64,000 bases of DNA, taken from assembly GCA_041737595.1 (NCBI GenBank), contig JBGSRK010000010.1, positions 64,001 to 128,000 of the forward strand. The letters run 5' to 3'. How positions within the stretch are numbered: the first letter of the stretch is position 1; every line of letters starts with the position of its first letter. The notes beneath the pieces were generated by a model. That model saw only the letters and a program-made list of their open reading frames with translations. It did not search any database and was not told where the DNA came from. This document shows positions 37,563 through 46,657 of the stretch, in pieces. The stretch is from Patescibacteria group bacterium. GTDB lineage: Bacteria > Patescibacteriota > CPR2 > UBA1875. The position numbers and the translations under genes were made by a program.

Positions 37563-39341
37563 ATGAACATAGAAAACATTAGAAATTTTTGTATAATTGC
37601 ACATATTGATCACGGGAAATCAACACTAGCTGATCGTTTTTTAGAATTCACTGGAACTATTGAAAAAAGAGATATGAAAGAACAAACGCTAGATACGATG
37701 GATATTGAAAGAGAACGTGGGATTACAATAAAGCTTCAGCCGGCAAGGATGGAATATAAGGGGCATATTTTAAATTTAATTGATACTCCAGGTCATGTCG
37801 ATTTTGCTTATGAAGTTTCAAGATCACTTGCAGCTGTAGAGGGGGCAATTCTTATTGTAGATGCTTCTCAAGGGATAGAAGCACAAACACTATCTACTTT
37901 ATATGCAGCACTAGAAGCAAATCTTGAAATTATCCCAATACTTAATAAGATTGATTTACCTCATGCTGATCCAGAAAAAGTTTCTACAGAAATTATTAAT
38001 CTTCTTGGTTGCAAAAAAGAAGATATAATTTTGGCTAGTGGTAAAACGGGGACTGGGATAGAAGCAATTTTAGATAGAATTATTGAAAAAGTTCCAGCTG
38101 CAAAAAATAAACCTGATATTGGCCCAAAAGCATTAATTTTCGATTCCTTTTACGATTCGTATAAGGGAGTAATTACATATATTAGAGTTTTTAATGGCGA
38201 AATAAAAAAAGGAGACAAAATAAAACTTATGGCCGAAAATACCTTAGCAGAAGCTGTTGAAGTTGGGTATCTTACTCCTAAATTTGTAAAAACAGATTGT
38301 CTTTCTGATGGTGAAATTGGTTATATCATAACTGGTCTTAAAGAAGTTCAAAAAGCTCGTGTTGGTGATACTGTAACCCTGTTAAATAATTCTGCTGAAA
38401 AACCTTTATCTGGTTACCAAACTGTAAAACCTTTTGTATTTGCTGGACTATTTACAATAGAAGGAGATGATTTTCCAATGCTTCGCGACGCACTAGGGAA
38501 ATTAAAACTTTCTGATTCATCCTTGGTTTATGAACCAGAAAATTCAATCGCTCTTGGTTTTGGTTTTAGATGCGGGTTTTTAGGACTTCTGCATATGGAA
38601 ATAGTAAAAGAAAGACTAGAACGAGAGTTTAATCTTGATTTAATAGCTACATCCCCTTCTGTATCCTATGAAGTTCTAAAAACTAGTGGTAATCCATTTA
38701 TCATAACTTCTCCATCAGAATTACCAGACAGATCAATAATAAAAGAGGTTAGGGAGCCATACGTTAAGCTCGAAGTTGTTTCCCCGTCAGATTATTTAGG
38801 CCCAATTATGAAACTTGCTCAAGAAAGACATGGAATTTATAAAAATACTTCATATCTTGATGAGGAAAGGGCAGTTTTGGAATATGAAATACCTCTCTCT
38901 GGTATAGTTACTGATTTTTTTGATAAATTAAAAAGCGCAACATCTGGATATGCTTCTCTAAATTATGATTTTTTAGGTTATAGGGCTGGAGACCTCGTAA
39001 AAGTTGATATTTTAATTAATGGTCAATCTTTTGATACTCTTGCTCTAATAGTTAATCGACTAGATTCTCAAAGAATTGGTGATGAACTGGTTAAAAAATT
39101 AAAAGAATTAATTCCAAGACAAAATTTCAAAATTCCAATTCAGGCTGCCATAGGTGGTAAAATTATCGCACGCGAGGATATCCCTGCTTACAGAAAAGAT
39201 GTTACGGCAAAACTTTATGGTGGAGATGTAACCAGAAAAAATAAACTTTTAGATAAACAAAGAAAAGGTAAAAAAAGAATGAAGAATGTTGGGAATGTTG
39301 AGATTCCGACAGATACTTTTATTAAACTTTTAAAAAATTAA
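37563..39341 (+). CDS. lepA: Elongation factor 4
   Basis: IRNFCIIAHIDHGKSTL, GFLGLLHME and YGGDVTRK; start moved to ATG 37563. Confidence 0.97.
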   Translation: MNIENIRNFCIIAHIDHGKSTLADRFLEFTGTIEKRDMKEQTLDTMDIERERGITIKLQPARMEYKGHILNLIDTPGHVDFAYEVSRSLAAVEGAILIVDASQGIEAQTLSTLYAALEANLEIIPILNKIDLPHADPEKVSTEIINLLGCKKEDIILASGKTGTGIEAILDRIIEKVPAAKNKPDIGPKALIFDSFYDSYKGVITYIRVFNGEIKKGDKIKLMAENTLAEAVEVGYLTPKFVKTDCLSDGEIGYIITGLKEVQKARVGDTVTLLNNSAEKPLSGYQTVKPFVFAGLFTIEGDDFPMLRDALGKLKLSDSSLVYEPENSIALGFGFRCGFLGLLHMEIVKERLEREFNLDLIATSPSVSYEVLKTSGNPFIITSPSELPDRSIIKEVREPYVKLEVVSPSDYLGPIMKLAQERHGIYKNTSYLDEERAVLEYEIPLSGIVTDFFDKLKSATSGYASLNYDFLGYRAGDLVKVDILINGQSFDTLALIVNRLDSQRIGDELVKKLKELIPRQNFKIPIQAAIGGKIIAREDIPAYRKDVTAKLYGGDVTRKNKLLDKQRKGKKRMKNVGNVEIPTDTFIKLLKN

Positions 39342-39376
39342 ATCTAAATATTCCCCTTTCATTAATTTAATATGAA

Positions 39377-39553
39377 TTAATGAACTCTTAAAGATTCAAG
39401 CCTATGAATTTCCTGTTGAAGACGACGTGCTATACCCATTCGACGTCTTTCTTCTTGAGCAATTAAACGATCTACTCGCGCTTCTTCTCTCTCAAGATTC
39501 GCGATTTTGTCGTGTTCTCTTGCTTCTTCCCTAAAGCGAGTATTTATATCCAT
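39377..39553 (-). CDS. 58-aa charged helical protein (absent from the ORF track)
   Basis: GGAGGAGG RBS; MDINTRFREEAREHDK...RLESLRVH. Confidence 0.6.
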   Translation of the reverse strand: MDINTRFREEAREHDKIANLEREEARVDRLIAQEERRRMGIARRLQQEIHRLESLRVH

Positions 39554-39733
39554 GATACTCTCCTCCTCCGCTTTCGCGGGTTACCCAACTATCTTTAATA
39601 ATTATGAGTTATTTTTTATTTAAAAACTACGTTAATAAAGCCAAAAAATAGTTTTATTTATTATATAGAATGTTTTTAGATATAATAAAAATAATCAATT
39701 TATTTTCTACTGATTATTTAAATAATATTATAT

Positions 39734-40285
39734 TTAAATATTAAGTTCAGCTTCTAGTTTTTTAAGAGCAATACGTCGCATTGAGGTTTCTTTTTGCTCC
39801 TCTGGTATCATCTCCCCCCAGGTCTTATCATAGCCCTTTGGAATAAATATTGGGTCCCAACCAAAACCATGTTCTCCCCTTGGTTTTTTTGCAATCGACC
39901 CCACTGAACTTCCAAAAAAAGTCCGTAGTTTCGTCCCGTCATAAAGCCCAAACAGCACTTCTGCTCGAGCCGATCTGTCTTCATAGCCATCAAGAAGTCG
40001 AGCCAGACCTTCGTTATCTAATTCTGTAAGAAACCACTTGATGAGCGGTCCTGGTAATTTGCCTAAGGCTGTAAATACAAGAGAGGTATCTTCAATTAGA
40101 ACTGGAGTACCTACTATTTTAAAAGCCTCTTTTGCTTTATGCTTCACGATTTCATTGAGATCAAGTGATTGAATTTCGACTAAATCCACTTTTTGATGTG
40201 TTACTGGAAAATTTAAATGTCGTCCTAACTGTTCAGCCTTGGCTGCATTTCCTGTAATAAAAGTAAGTTTGTTGAATTTGATCAT
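39734..40285 (-). CDS. Second Ham1/ITPase-family pyrophosphatase
   Basis: ITGNAAK, IEDTSL, FGWDPIF and SMR; ATG start after TATAAT. Confidence 0.9.
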   Translation of the reverse strand: MIKFNKLTFITGNAAKAEQLGRHLNFPVTHQKVDLVEIQSLDLNEIVKHKAKEAFKIVGTPVLIEDTSLVFTALGKLPGPLIKWFLTELDNEGLARLLDGYEDRSARAEVLFGLYDGTKLRTFFGSSVGSIAKKPRGEHGFGWDPIFIPKGYDKTWGEMIPEEQKETSMRRIALKKLEAELNI

Positions 40286-40402
40286 ATGGAAATTATATAA
40301 AAAATATCTAACCATTAATAGAGTGTTGCGTCATCAATATAAAAAGACCAATAAATTCGGTCTCATTAACTGTTTATTTTGACTCTGCGTATCGATTCAG
40401 TA

Positions 40403-40813
40403 CTAAATTACCTTAGTTAGATCTCTTCCGATGAGAATAGGCTCAAAACCTTTTATCTCGTCCTGAAGTATCCCTTCTGGGATATTATTATATAAATATA
40501 TCTTTTTATTTAATCTAAAAGCATCATACATTTCAAGAAAAGTTGCTCCACCAATGTAATTTTTTACCCCATTTTTTTCAAAGTTTAGAACCAATACTGC
40601 ATCTATTGCGTTTATAACATCAGTGCTATGCTTAAGCATTGTTGATTTCCATTCTGAATGTTCCTTTAACCCAAGATTCCTATATCTTTCTTCAGTCCCA
40701 GGATCATCAAAGCAATTAGGCAAAGAGATAATATGACCTGCTTTTTCCAATTCAGCCTTAATCGGCAGAACTTTACTGTAAAAATTTTTACTACAAATTA
40801 TAAATATTTTCAT
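40403..40813 (-). CDS. Nucleoside 2-deoxyribosyltransferase-like protein
   Basis: KIFII.S, DAVLVLN, YIGGATFLEM..AF and KKIY pattern. Confidence 0.6.
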   Translation of the reverse strand: MKIFIICSKNFYSKVLPIKAELEKAGHIISLPNCFDDPGTEERYRNLGLKEHSEWKSTMLKHSTDVINAIDAVLVLNFEKNGVKNYIGGATFLEMYDAFRLNKKIYLYNNIPEGILQDEIKGFEPILIGRDLTKVI

Positions 40814-40815
40814 TT

Positions 40816-41343
40816 TTAAACCTTGAAATATCTTTCTTTATTAACAATATTACTTAGAGCACAGATTAATGCCTGTGTTAATATTTCCTCTCGTCTAAGT
40901 AAACCCTTTGTAAAGTAATTTATAGGGTCTTTTTCTGCATCTTTGTCTAATTCCTGAATTATAAAGCCTAATTCGGTATGTTCATTAAATATTCTGTCAA
41001 TCATCCATTGAGGGACATTGTAACCCGCACCAATTGAAAAGAATTTATCGCCATCTTTTGTTAAAACACAAATTACAGGTAAATCAAACCATTCACTTGT
41101 TTCCACTACTTGAAGAAGGCCATTTTCAATCCCAATTCCAATTTGTGATTCATTTACTTTTCTTAACGCTTCTTTAGCTCTATTTAAGGCTCCCAATGTC
41201 ATTTCTTCATAACCGACAGGGGCATTTGGAACCAATGATTTTGAATTATGACCGATAACTTCACCATTTATACCAAGCAACTTAAGAGATGCGCTCACAG
41301 CCCTTAGTTTTAATTTACTTTCTGTCCCTACTGCAATTTTCAT
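40816..41343 (-). CDS. yjjX: YjjX/DUF84 inosine/xanthosine triphosphatase
   Basis: VGT..LK, P.G.EE...GA.NRA and GIENG. Confidence 0.85.
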   Translation of the reverse strand: MKIAVGTESKLKLRAVSASLKLLGINGEVIGHNSKSLVPNAPVGYEEMTLGALNRAKEALRKVNESQIGIGIENGLLQVVETSEWFDLPVICVLTKDGDKFFSIGAGYNVPQWMIDRIFNEHTELGFIIQELDKDAEKDPINYFTKGLLRREEILTQALICALSNIVNKERYFKV

Positions 41344-41469
41344 AATAATATAATATCACAAATTAAGGCTTAAAATTACAGGTTCTATAGGAGTTAAGGG
41401 GATAAGTATCAAAGAAAAGATTTTACTAAGTCTCTTTTTATATATCTCGCTTGGTGAAAGGATTTAGAA

Positions 41470-41715
41470 CTAATCCAGAGATATATCTATCATTCCAAAC
41501 TTTTGAGATAATGGATGATTTCGGTCTTCAAGTAAGTTTGTCGTCCAGGTCCTATATCTAGAAACGAATTTCCCTTCTGAATACTCAGAAATCCTCGAAA
41601 TTCTGATACCACAATTAAACTCCATGGTTATTAGGGTATCTGGAGGACCATTTTTATCGAGAAGGTACTCTCTTATTTCTTCAGCAGTAAGTGTTGTTAT
41701 CCCCGCTTCATGCAA
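41470..41715 (-). CDS. Hypothetical protein or fragment
   Basis: ORF only. Confidence 0.4.
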   Translation of the reverse strand: MHEAGITTLTAEEIREYLLDKNGPPDTLITMEFNCGIRISRISEYSEGKFVSRYRTWTTNLLEDRNHPLSQKFGMIDISLD

Positions 41716-41727
41716 TTCTGCAAGAAA

Positions 41728-42525
41728 CTAGTCTAATGTCTTTGGTTGTTTCTTTCCATGTTCCTTTAATTCAACACTATTTTCTATAACAAGCCCTTTT
41801 TCTTTTCTCTCCTCAGGTGTCATTTCTTCATAATATTTCCAGAGCGTAGGAGCATATTTTTTTAATGCAACCATTCCCTCGTTTAACATAGAATATGCAT
41901 TATGCTCGTCCATCCATCCCTGCCCTAAAATTTGTTTAATGATTTTATCCATATTTGCACCTGTTCCAACAAAATCTTCAGCAGTCCGCGCCATTAATTC
42001 ACTGGGTGACTGTGATTTTTTAATTGAATTTTCAAGTACCCGTAAGCCTTTTACTAACTTATCCTGTATCTCTTCTTTACCAGAACTTTGCATTTGATCT
42101 ATTAACATTCTTGGTAGAGAAAATCCTGGAAGTGCGTTTATCGGTGCCATAGTTTCAGTATAATTATCAGGGACTGATTGAATTTCAAATTTACCAGCAG
42201 GTTCATCGTCCATCCTGTCAGCAGCTTTCTTAAATTCTTGATAAAGTTCTGGATTGTAATGTTCAATTTCACGGCTAATATAGCCATACCAAAAGTTAAC
42301 TTCTCCATAACGATTTATCATTTTTTCAGGACCACGACCCCCCTCTTCTGTTGGAGCGATAAGTTCCTCTACCACTGGACAACCTGCTCTCTGTCCTAAA
42401 AATCTTGCTTGGTCTTCCAGCGACATTTCAAAAAATGCAGGGTCGTTTATGTCTTCGACAAATTTCCCAGTTCCAAATGTTTCTTCTGATGGTCTTGATA
42501 ATTCCATAATAAAATAATACCACAC
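41728..42525 (-). CDS. Hypothetical protein (start probably ATG 42507)
   Basis: Long ORF with protein-like composition. Confidence 0.7.
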   Translation of the reverse strand: MWYYFIMELSRPSEETFGTGKFVEDINDPAFFEMSLEDQARFLGQRAGCPVVEELIAPTEEGGRGPEKMINRYGEVNFWYGYISREIEHYNPELYQEFKKAADRMDDEPAGKFEIQSVPDNYTETMAPINALPGFSLPRMLIDQMQSSGKEEIQDKLVKGLRVLENSIKKSQSPSELMARTAEDFVGTGANMDKIIKQILGQGWMDEHNAYSMLNEGMVALKKYAPTLWKYYEEMTPEERKEKGLVIENSVELKEHGKKQPKTLD

Positions 42526-42630
42526 TTATGTTCAACAGTTCCATCATCCGATTTGGGGTATATAAAAAAAGGCTTAATAAAGCCGAATTTATTTTGGCTC
42601 AGCACTCCGCTCAAGAACCCTAGGGCAGTT

Positions 42631-42820
42631 TTAAGTACGAAATGGCACAATTTGGCACAGTAATTAGACTGGATGTCTCACTTTTCGACGAATTAAGCAC
42701 AAAATGAGACAAATGAGACAGTTATTAAGTGTATTTATGTCAGTGTCTCAAAATCATGTGCTTAATTAATGAGACTGAGACAAATGAGACACTATAAAGA
42801 GAGATGTACCAGTGTCTCAA
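42631..42820. repeat. Three ~70-bp units of TGAGACA/TGGCACA direct and TGTCTCA inverted heptamers
   Basis: TGTCTCA at 42674, 42744, 42813; TGAGACA at 42705, 42714, 42776, 42785; TGGCACA at 42643, 42653. Confidence 0.85.
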
Positions 42821-42827
42821 GCAAGTA

Positions 42828-43943
42828 TTATTTGAATCTTCCCGAGATCTCTTCAACACATTTGCTAAATAGGCTACCGTTTATAGAAGGTTTACCGTCT
42901 TTATCTTTCCTGATAGCACAGCAGTGCAGTAGCGCTTGGACTGCTTGATCGTTTGAGACATCTTCGCCTTTCGAAATCTTTACTAGCGTGCGCACCTCTT
43001 CTTCTGTAAACATTTCAATAAGCCTTTGGTGATAAATGTTATAAATTAGATTCATCAGTCCAGCAGACTCGAGATTAGCTTCTATCTTCTTAGAATCAAT
43101 GTCGCTTCCCGTAAATGTTTTCCGAGGGTTAAATAGTGGAGCTGATTTATCGTAGAAAGTTTTTACTAGAGTCACGGTTTCGGCTGGCCAACCTCCAGTA
43201 AGAGCAATAATCTTATCAATTGCCGCCTCGTCAAATGTAACCCCATGTTTTGCGAAGTGCCTATCCAGAAGCTCGGATATTTCGTCAAGTTCTAGCGGCC
43301 TTACGAATACTTTCTCGATATCAGCCATTTCGGCCGAACCTAGAGCATTAAGTGTAACCGTATTTCTGTGTGTCTGACATAGGAATTTTAAAGCCTTTTT
43401 TCCTTTAAGTTTTGCTAGCAACTCTGCAATCCTTAGCGTTTCATCTTGTCCGTAGTCACGGATAGCCATTAACTCGTCGACAGTAATAAGAAGGGTTCGA
43501 CCATTGGACTCTAGATATTCGTCAAGTTCTGTTAAACTTTTGAAATCTGAGTTTAATTCAGTATTTATATGATTTAACATGTATTCAAAAACAGCATCGG
43601 CGCCCTCATTTCCCCTCTGGGCTACAGAGAAATCTCTTAAATCAATGTCGACACCGTTTTCAGCAAAGTAACGCTCTTTAACTTGTGCCTGAAGATAAGA
43701 TGCGCCTTGCCTTTTCATGCTCTCTATTAGTACGAGACTTGCTCGAGAAAAAGCATCGTATATATCTTCTTGTTGATCTACTCTACTCTCAAGCTCTACC
43801 CGTCCACGCTTAGCCATTGTCTCTACACCGCCGGTCTCGAACTCGATGTCTCTGAGTAATGATTTATCCGAAATTAAATCACTATTCTGATTGGTTTTTG
43901 GGTCAGAATAATCGCCTGGTGCCCCTACCCTTATTTCATTCAT
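42828..43943 (-). CDS. Degenerate AAA/STAND-like ATPase-fold protein
   Basis: LLITVDE Walker B, PLE..E, TGGWP and C-terminal wHTH-like region; no Walker A. Confidence 0.6.
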   Translation of the reverse strand: MNEIRVGAPGDYSDPKTNQNSDLISDKSLLRDIEFETGGVETMAKRGRVELESRVDQQEDIYDAFSRASLVLIESMKRQGASYLQAQVKERYFAENGVDIDLRDFSVAQRGNEGADAVFEYMLNHINTELNSDFKSLTELDEYLESNGRTLLITVDELMAIRDYGQDETLRIAELLAKLKGKKALKFLCQTHRNTVTLNALGSAEMADIEKVFVRPLELDEISELLDRHFAKHGVTFDEAAIDKIIALTGGWPAETVTLVKTFYDKSAPLFNPRKTFTGSDIDSKKIEANLESAGLMNLIYNIYHQRLIEMFTEEEVRTLVKISKGEDVSNDQAVQALLHCCAIRKDKDGKPSINGSLFSKCVEEISGRFK

Positions 43944-43965
43944 ATATTTTCCTTATATACTTTCA

Positions 43966-44778
43966 CTATACATTATACCCGAAAAAGTTTGCGCTCTCAT
44001 ATCGGCGAAGGGCTCTCTTAAGTACAAGCTTTGATAATAACCACCAAGCAATGGCGACCAAATAGGCAATTATTATTGTGTACCAAGAAAATTTGGTAAA
44101 TATTTCCACCGGGAAGCCACCTAATAGCATGGCAGGGATTACAAAAATGTATATGTATCTCATCGTACCCTCAAGCAAACCAATTGGTTGGATCGAAGGT
44201 GTAATAATTAAGTCAAAGAAGGCGTTGCCTAACCCTTCAATCTGTGGGAACCAAAACACAATGCATCCAGTCACAATTCCAAAGGAAACCTCAGCGAGAA
44301 TCGCGGTGGGCAGGATAAGTGCTAAAAGCAGGACCTGTTGTATGCTCGGTTGCATAATAATTAAGAAAATAATTATACCGATAAATCCCTGTATCAAGTC
44401 GCCCAGAGATGACACGGAAAATCTTTGGTTAAGTATTCTCACATAAAGACTTTTGGGCTTAGTTAATAGGCTGTCAAAGGAACCGCTGATTACATTATCA
44501 TCGAGTCCATTCATGCTCCCAAACAGAGCATGGCTTACCCCGTATGTGAAAATTGAAATACTCAAAAGCCCGAAGACCTCTTTTACACCCCAGCCATTTG
44601 TAGTTCCGATAGCCTTTATAAAGAATAACCAAATAATAAAGAAGGCAATATTGTTTAAAAACATCCCCAGTACTTGCAATCCAAAGCTCATTCTGAGCGC
44701 TCTTTGGTTTTTGAGGTTCTTGCCCAGTTGATATAAATAGAAATTCAGTTCTTTTTTGAAATTACTCATACTAACCAC
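43966..44778 (-). CDS. ABC-2 type permease (DUF990 family)
   Basis: GWG, GSFDSLLTKP; 6 TM. Confidence 0.88.
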   Translation of the reverse strand: MVSMSNFKKELNFYLYQLGKNLKNQRALRMSFGLQVLGMFLNNIAFFIIWLFFIKAIGTTNGWGVKEVFGLLSISIFTYGVSHALFGSMNGLDDNVISGSFDSLLTKPKSLYVRILNQRFSVSSLGDLIQGFIGIIIFLIIMQPSIQQVLLLALILPTAILAEVSFGIVTGCIVFWFPQIEGLGNAFFDLIITPSIQPIGLLEGTMRYIYIFVIPAMLLGGFPVEIFTKFSWYTIIIAYLVAIAWWLLSKLVLKRALRRYESANFFGYNV

Positions 44779-45574
44779 CGTTAACTGTTAATTTAGTGCT
44801 AGCAGATATATATGCCCTGTAGACAACAAACAGCAAGACTAACGCCCAAATAATTTGGGTGATCAGGAACCTTGGGAAATTGGTTAAAAAATCAGGATAG
44901 AAAAGCTGAGTCACATAAATAGCAGCACCCGTTGGTAGCAATTCACCTACGAGTCGGAAAGTTTGAGGGAAAAATCCAATTGGTATATATGCGCCACCAA
45001 AGATCATGATTAATTTATCTAAAATCAGATAAGCTGGCTGGGCATCTATCAGCCAAATAGCACTAATTCCGACTAATGCGTATAGCAAAGTTGCGATTAA
45101 TAACCCCAGCAGTAACAACACGAAACCCGCACCAATTCTTAATGGCATTTGCCCAACCTGCGGGAACTGACCACTTAAGACCCAAAAGGCTGTGGCCGCA
45201 AGGATCAAACCAAGTACTACAGGTATACTCTTGCCAAAGACCTCGGCGATTTTTAACTGTATATAGTTTATTGGTTTGTTTATCCATATTTCGATACCAC
45301 CAGTTTTAAATTCACGGTTAATAATTGGGAATAAACTTCGATAACCACTCCCGGCATAAATTGCATAAATAATCATCCCCCCGGCAGCTACCTGAAAATC
45401 AATACCGTTTACGGCGTCCCCATTTCGTAGACGATAAATAAAATAGTATAACAGAATAGTCATGCCCATTCGGATTGACCAAGACATGACGCTTACTGAT
45501 GCCGCTTTTTTGTGATACCAGGCCTGACGCACATTCATGTGAAAGATGGCGATGAAATTATTCAGGTTTTTCAT
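44771..45574 (-). CDS. ABC-2 type permease (DUF990 family)
   Basis: TGGIEIWINKP and GGAYIPIGFFP. Confidence 0.87.
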   Translation of the reverse strand: MKNLNNFIAIFHMNVRQAWYHKKAASVSVMSWSIRMGMTILLYYFIYRLRNGDAVNGIDFQVAAGGMIIYAIYAGSGYRSLFPIINREFKTGGIEIWINKPINYIQLKIAEVFGKSIPVVLGLILAATAFWVLSGQFPQVGQMPLRIGAGFVLLLLGLLIATLLYALVGISAIWLIDAQPAYLILDKLIMIFGGAYIPIGFFPQTFRLVGELLPTGAAIYVTQLFYPDFLTNFPRFLITQIIWALVLLFVVYRAYISASTKLTVNGG

Positions 45575-46553
45575 GCTTTTTCTCAGTAGACTTGTATATC
45601 TCGATAATAACTTCTTCTAGAGTTTCGTCTTGAATTTGAATGTCTTTAACCTTTCCTAGACCCAGAAGAGCCCGCAGGACATCATTAATATCATGGTTAT
45701 TCATCTCCACAACAGCATTTACCACTGACCCCTTGGTGGTTATCTTTACCCCGGGTACTATTACCTTTTGAGGAAGCTCTTCAAACTCAATCTTTAGATA
45801 CCTTTTGTTAAGGTATTTGGTTCTTAACTCGTTTGTTTTTGAATCAACAATAATCTGCCCCTTATCAATAACAACCGTCCTCTCCGCAAGAGCCTCAATG
45901 TCGCCTGTATCGTGTGACGTTAGGAAAATCGTAGTGTTTTGGGTTTTATTAAGATTGATTAAGGTTTTTCGGAGCATTCTTTTAGCAACAACATCTAGAC
46001 CTATCGTTGGTTCATCCAAGAAAACAATCGTGGGCTTATGAATTAAGCTTGCTGCTATTTCACCCCTCATTCTTTGTCCCAAGGAGAGCTGTCGGACGGG
46101 TTGGTCTATAATATTATCTAGCGAGAAAATATCTGACAATTCTCGGATTCTCTGTTCAATAACCTTACTTGGAATGTCATACATCTTACCAAACAGTTCA
46201 AAGCTGTCTCTGAGCGGCAGGTTTGGTAGAAGTTGAGAACGCTGACCAAATACGCAACCGATTTTATAGCTGAGTTGTCTTCTCTGTTTTATCGGATCTA
46301 ATCCACAAACCTTTATTTTCCCTTCAGTTGGTGAAAGAATTCCAGAGAGCATCTTTATAGTTGTTGATTTTCCCGCTCCGTTGGGACCAACAAATGCGAC
46401 CATTTCACCTGCCATGATCTCTAAATCTAGGTTTTTGACTGCTTCAACGTTAATATATTCGGGTCTGAACCAGTTTTTAAAGCCAGCTGTTCTTTTTTGA
46501 TAAGAAAAGTTCTTTGACAAATTATCTATTTCTACAATTACTCTCTCACTCAT
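45558..46553 (-). CDS. ABC transporter ATP-binding protein
   Basis: GPNGAGKST, LSLGQRMR, LDEPT and TSHD. Confidence 0.95.
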   Translation of the reverse strand: MSERVIVEIDNLSKNFSYQKRTAGFKNWFRPEYINVEAVKNLDLEIMAGEMVAFVGPNGAGKSTTIKMLSGILSPTEGKIKVCGLDPIKQRRQLSYKIGCVFGQRSQLLPNLPLRDSFELFGKMYDIPSKVIEQRIRELSDIFSLDNIIDQPVRQLSLGQRMRGEIAASLIHKPTIVFLDEPTIGLDVVAKRMLRKTLINLNKTQNTTIFLTSHDTGDIEALAERTVVIDKGQIIVDSKTNELRTKYLNKRYLKIEFEELPQKVIVPGVKITTKGSVVNAVVEMNNHDINDVLRALLGLGKVKDIQIQDETLEEVIIEIYKSTEKKHEKPE

Positions 46554-46657
46554 ATTTTCCTATCTTTTTAAGTAGCTTAATGATAACAATTTTTTAGGTT
46601 CAGGTAAAGCCATTTTCTACTTACATTCCTCTCAATTCAGCGATACCATCGTCCTTG

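Noticed and set aside
42447-42650. 67-aa minus-strand ORF
   Set aside because: Spans the terminator/att-like junction and overlaps the next gene out of frame.
42631-42820. CRISPR array
   Set aside because: Short heptamers in both orientations, not constant 25-45 bp repeats with unique spacers.
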